A stretch of DNA of 64,000 nt from Podarcis erhardii (taxonomy: Eukaryota), in assembly GCA_964252035.1 (NCBI GenBank), contig OZ176204.1; one strand, written 5' to 3'. Made by a program: the position numbers and the translations under genes. How positions within the stretch are numbered: the first letter of the stretch is position 1; each line of letters opens with the position of its first letter. This document shows positions 63,425 to 64,000 of this stretch, piece by piece. The notes under the pieces are model-generated. The model was not told the origin of the DNA, ran no database searches, and worked only from the letters and a program-made list of their open reading frames with translations.

Positions 63425-63503
63425 ATATGTTTAGTCAGAAGCAAGTTCCACTGTGTTCAGTGGGATTTACTCACTTGTGAGCATGTTTAGGATTGTAGCC
63501 TTA
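63425..63503. mobile_element. palindromic MITE-like repeat, right portion
   Basis: GAAGCAAGTTCCACTGTGTTCAGTGGGATTTACTCAC...TAGGATTGTAGCC-TTA. Confidence 0.65.
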
Positions 63504-64000
63504 GGGTTTTATAGGCCTGAAGGAGATCCTTAATAAGTACCGTAAGTGTTAACATAATAAAAACGCCATCAAAATAATACCTGCATAATGACTAATATTT
63601 CTGTTAATTGCTTTAAAAATAATTTCTGACACTGTACTACAGAATCAAAAACAGGCTAATATCATTCCACTACTATTATCTAATATTCAAAATACATGAA
63701 ATAATTTTAATTCACTTACCCCCTTTTAAATGATAACTTTATAAGAGGGTGTCAAACACCCCCCCAAAGAATTATGCATACCATAATTTTATGATTAAAA
63801 TCTTCATGCAGAAAGATTTCTTTTGAGTAGGATATCTCCTATATCACAAATTCAAATACTGCAATTCATATGAAAATGCATTCCAAAATGTTATATGGGG
63901 CTTTAATCTATCATACCAGGCCAAATCATTCCTTGTTACTGAAAAATAAATCTCATTGACATAAACTGTATTCTCTTATATCAGAATTGCAATTATATTT

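Overview
Vertebrate genomic DNA, probably from a squamate reptile (judged from SINE, CR1 and MITE-like repeat types; the species cannot be identified). The window holds the head-to-head ZIC4 (minus strand) / ZIC1 (plus strand) C2H2 zinc-finger gene pair. ZIC1 CDS = join(44897..45887, 47008..47171, 48080..48277), 450 aa. ZIC4 CDS = complement(join(23793..24244, 28972..30160)), 546 aa, or a 508-aa form if an internal donor at 23908|23907 splices to a terminal exon starting at 21347, where the junction itself creates the stop (TG|A). The rest is introns, UTRs, CpG-rich putative regulatory DNA, microsatellites, short repeats concentrated in the flanks, and three N gaps. Main observation: a 255-bp stretch encoding ZF1(C-terminal half)-ZF3 is 249/255 identical between the two ancient paralogues. 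All 6 differences are synonymous and one run is perfect for 116 bp, whereas the next zinc-finger exon is only about 80% identical. This points to recent gene conversion between inverted paralogues, or to an assembly artefact. Other leads: alternative ZIC4 N- and C-termini, a candidate spliced antisense unit in ZIC4 intron 1, ZIC1 uORFs, a perfect DR1 element and long (CG)n Z-DNA tracts. All counts are by hand, and comparisons with other species are from memory and need database confirmation. No prokaryotic features, CRISPR arrays, rRNA or intact tRNA genes were seen.
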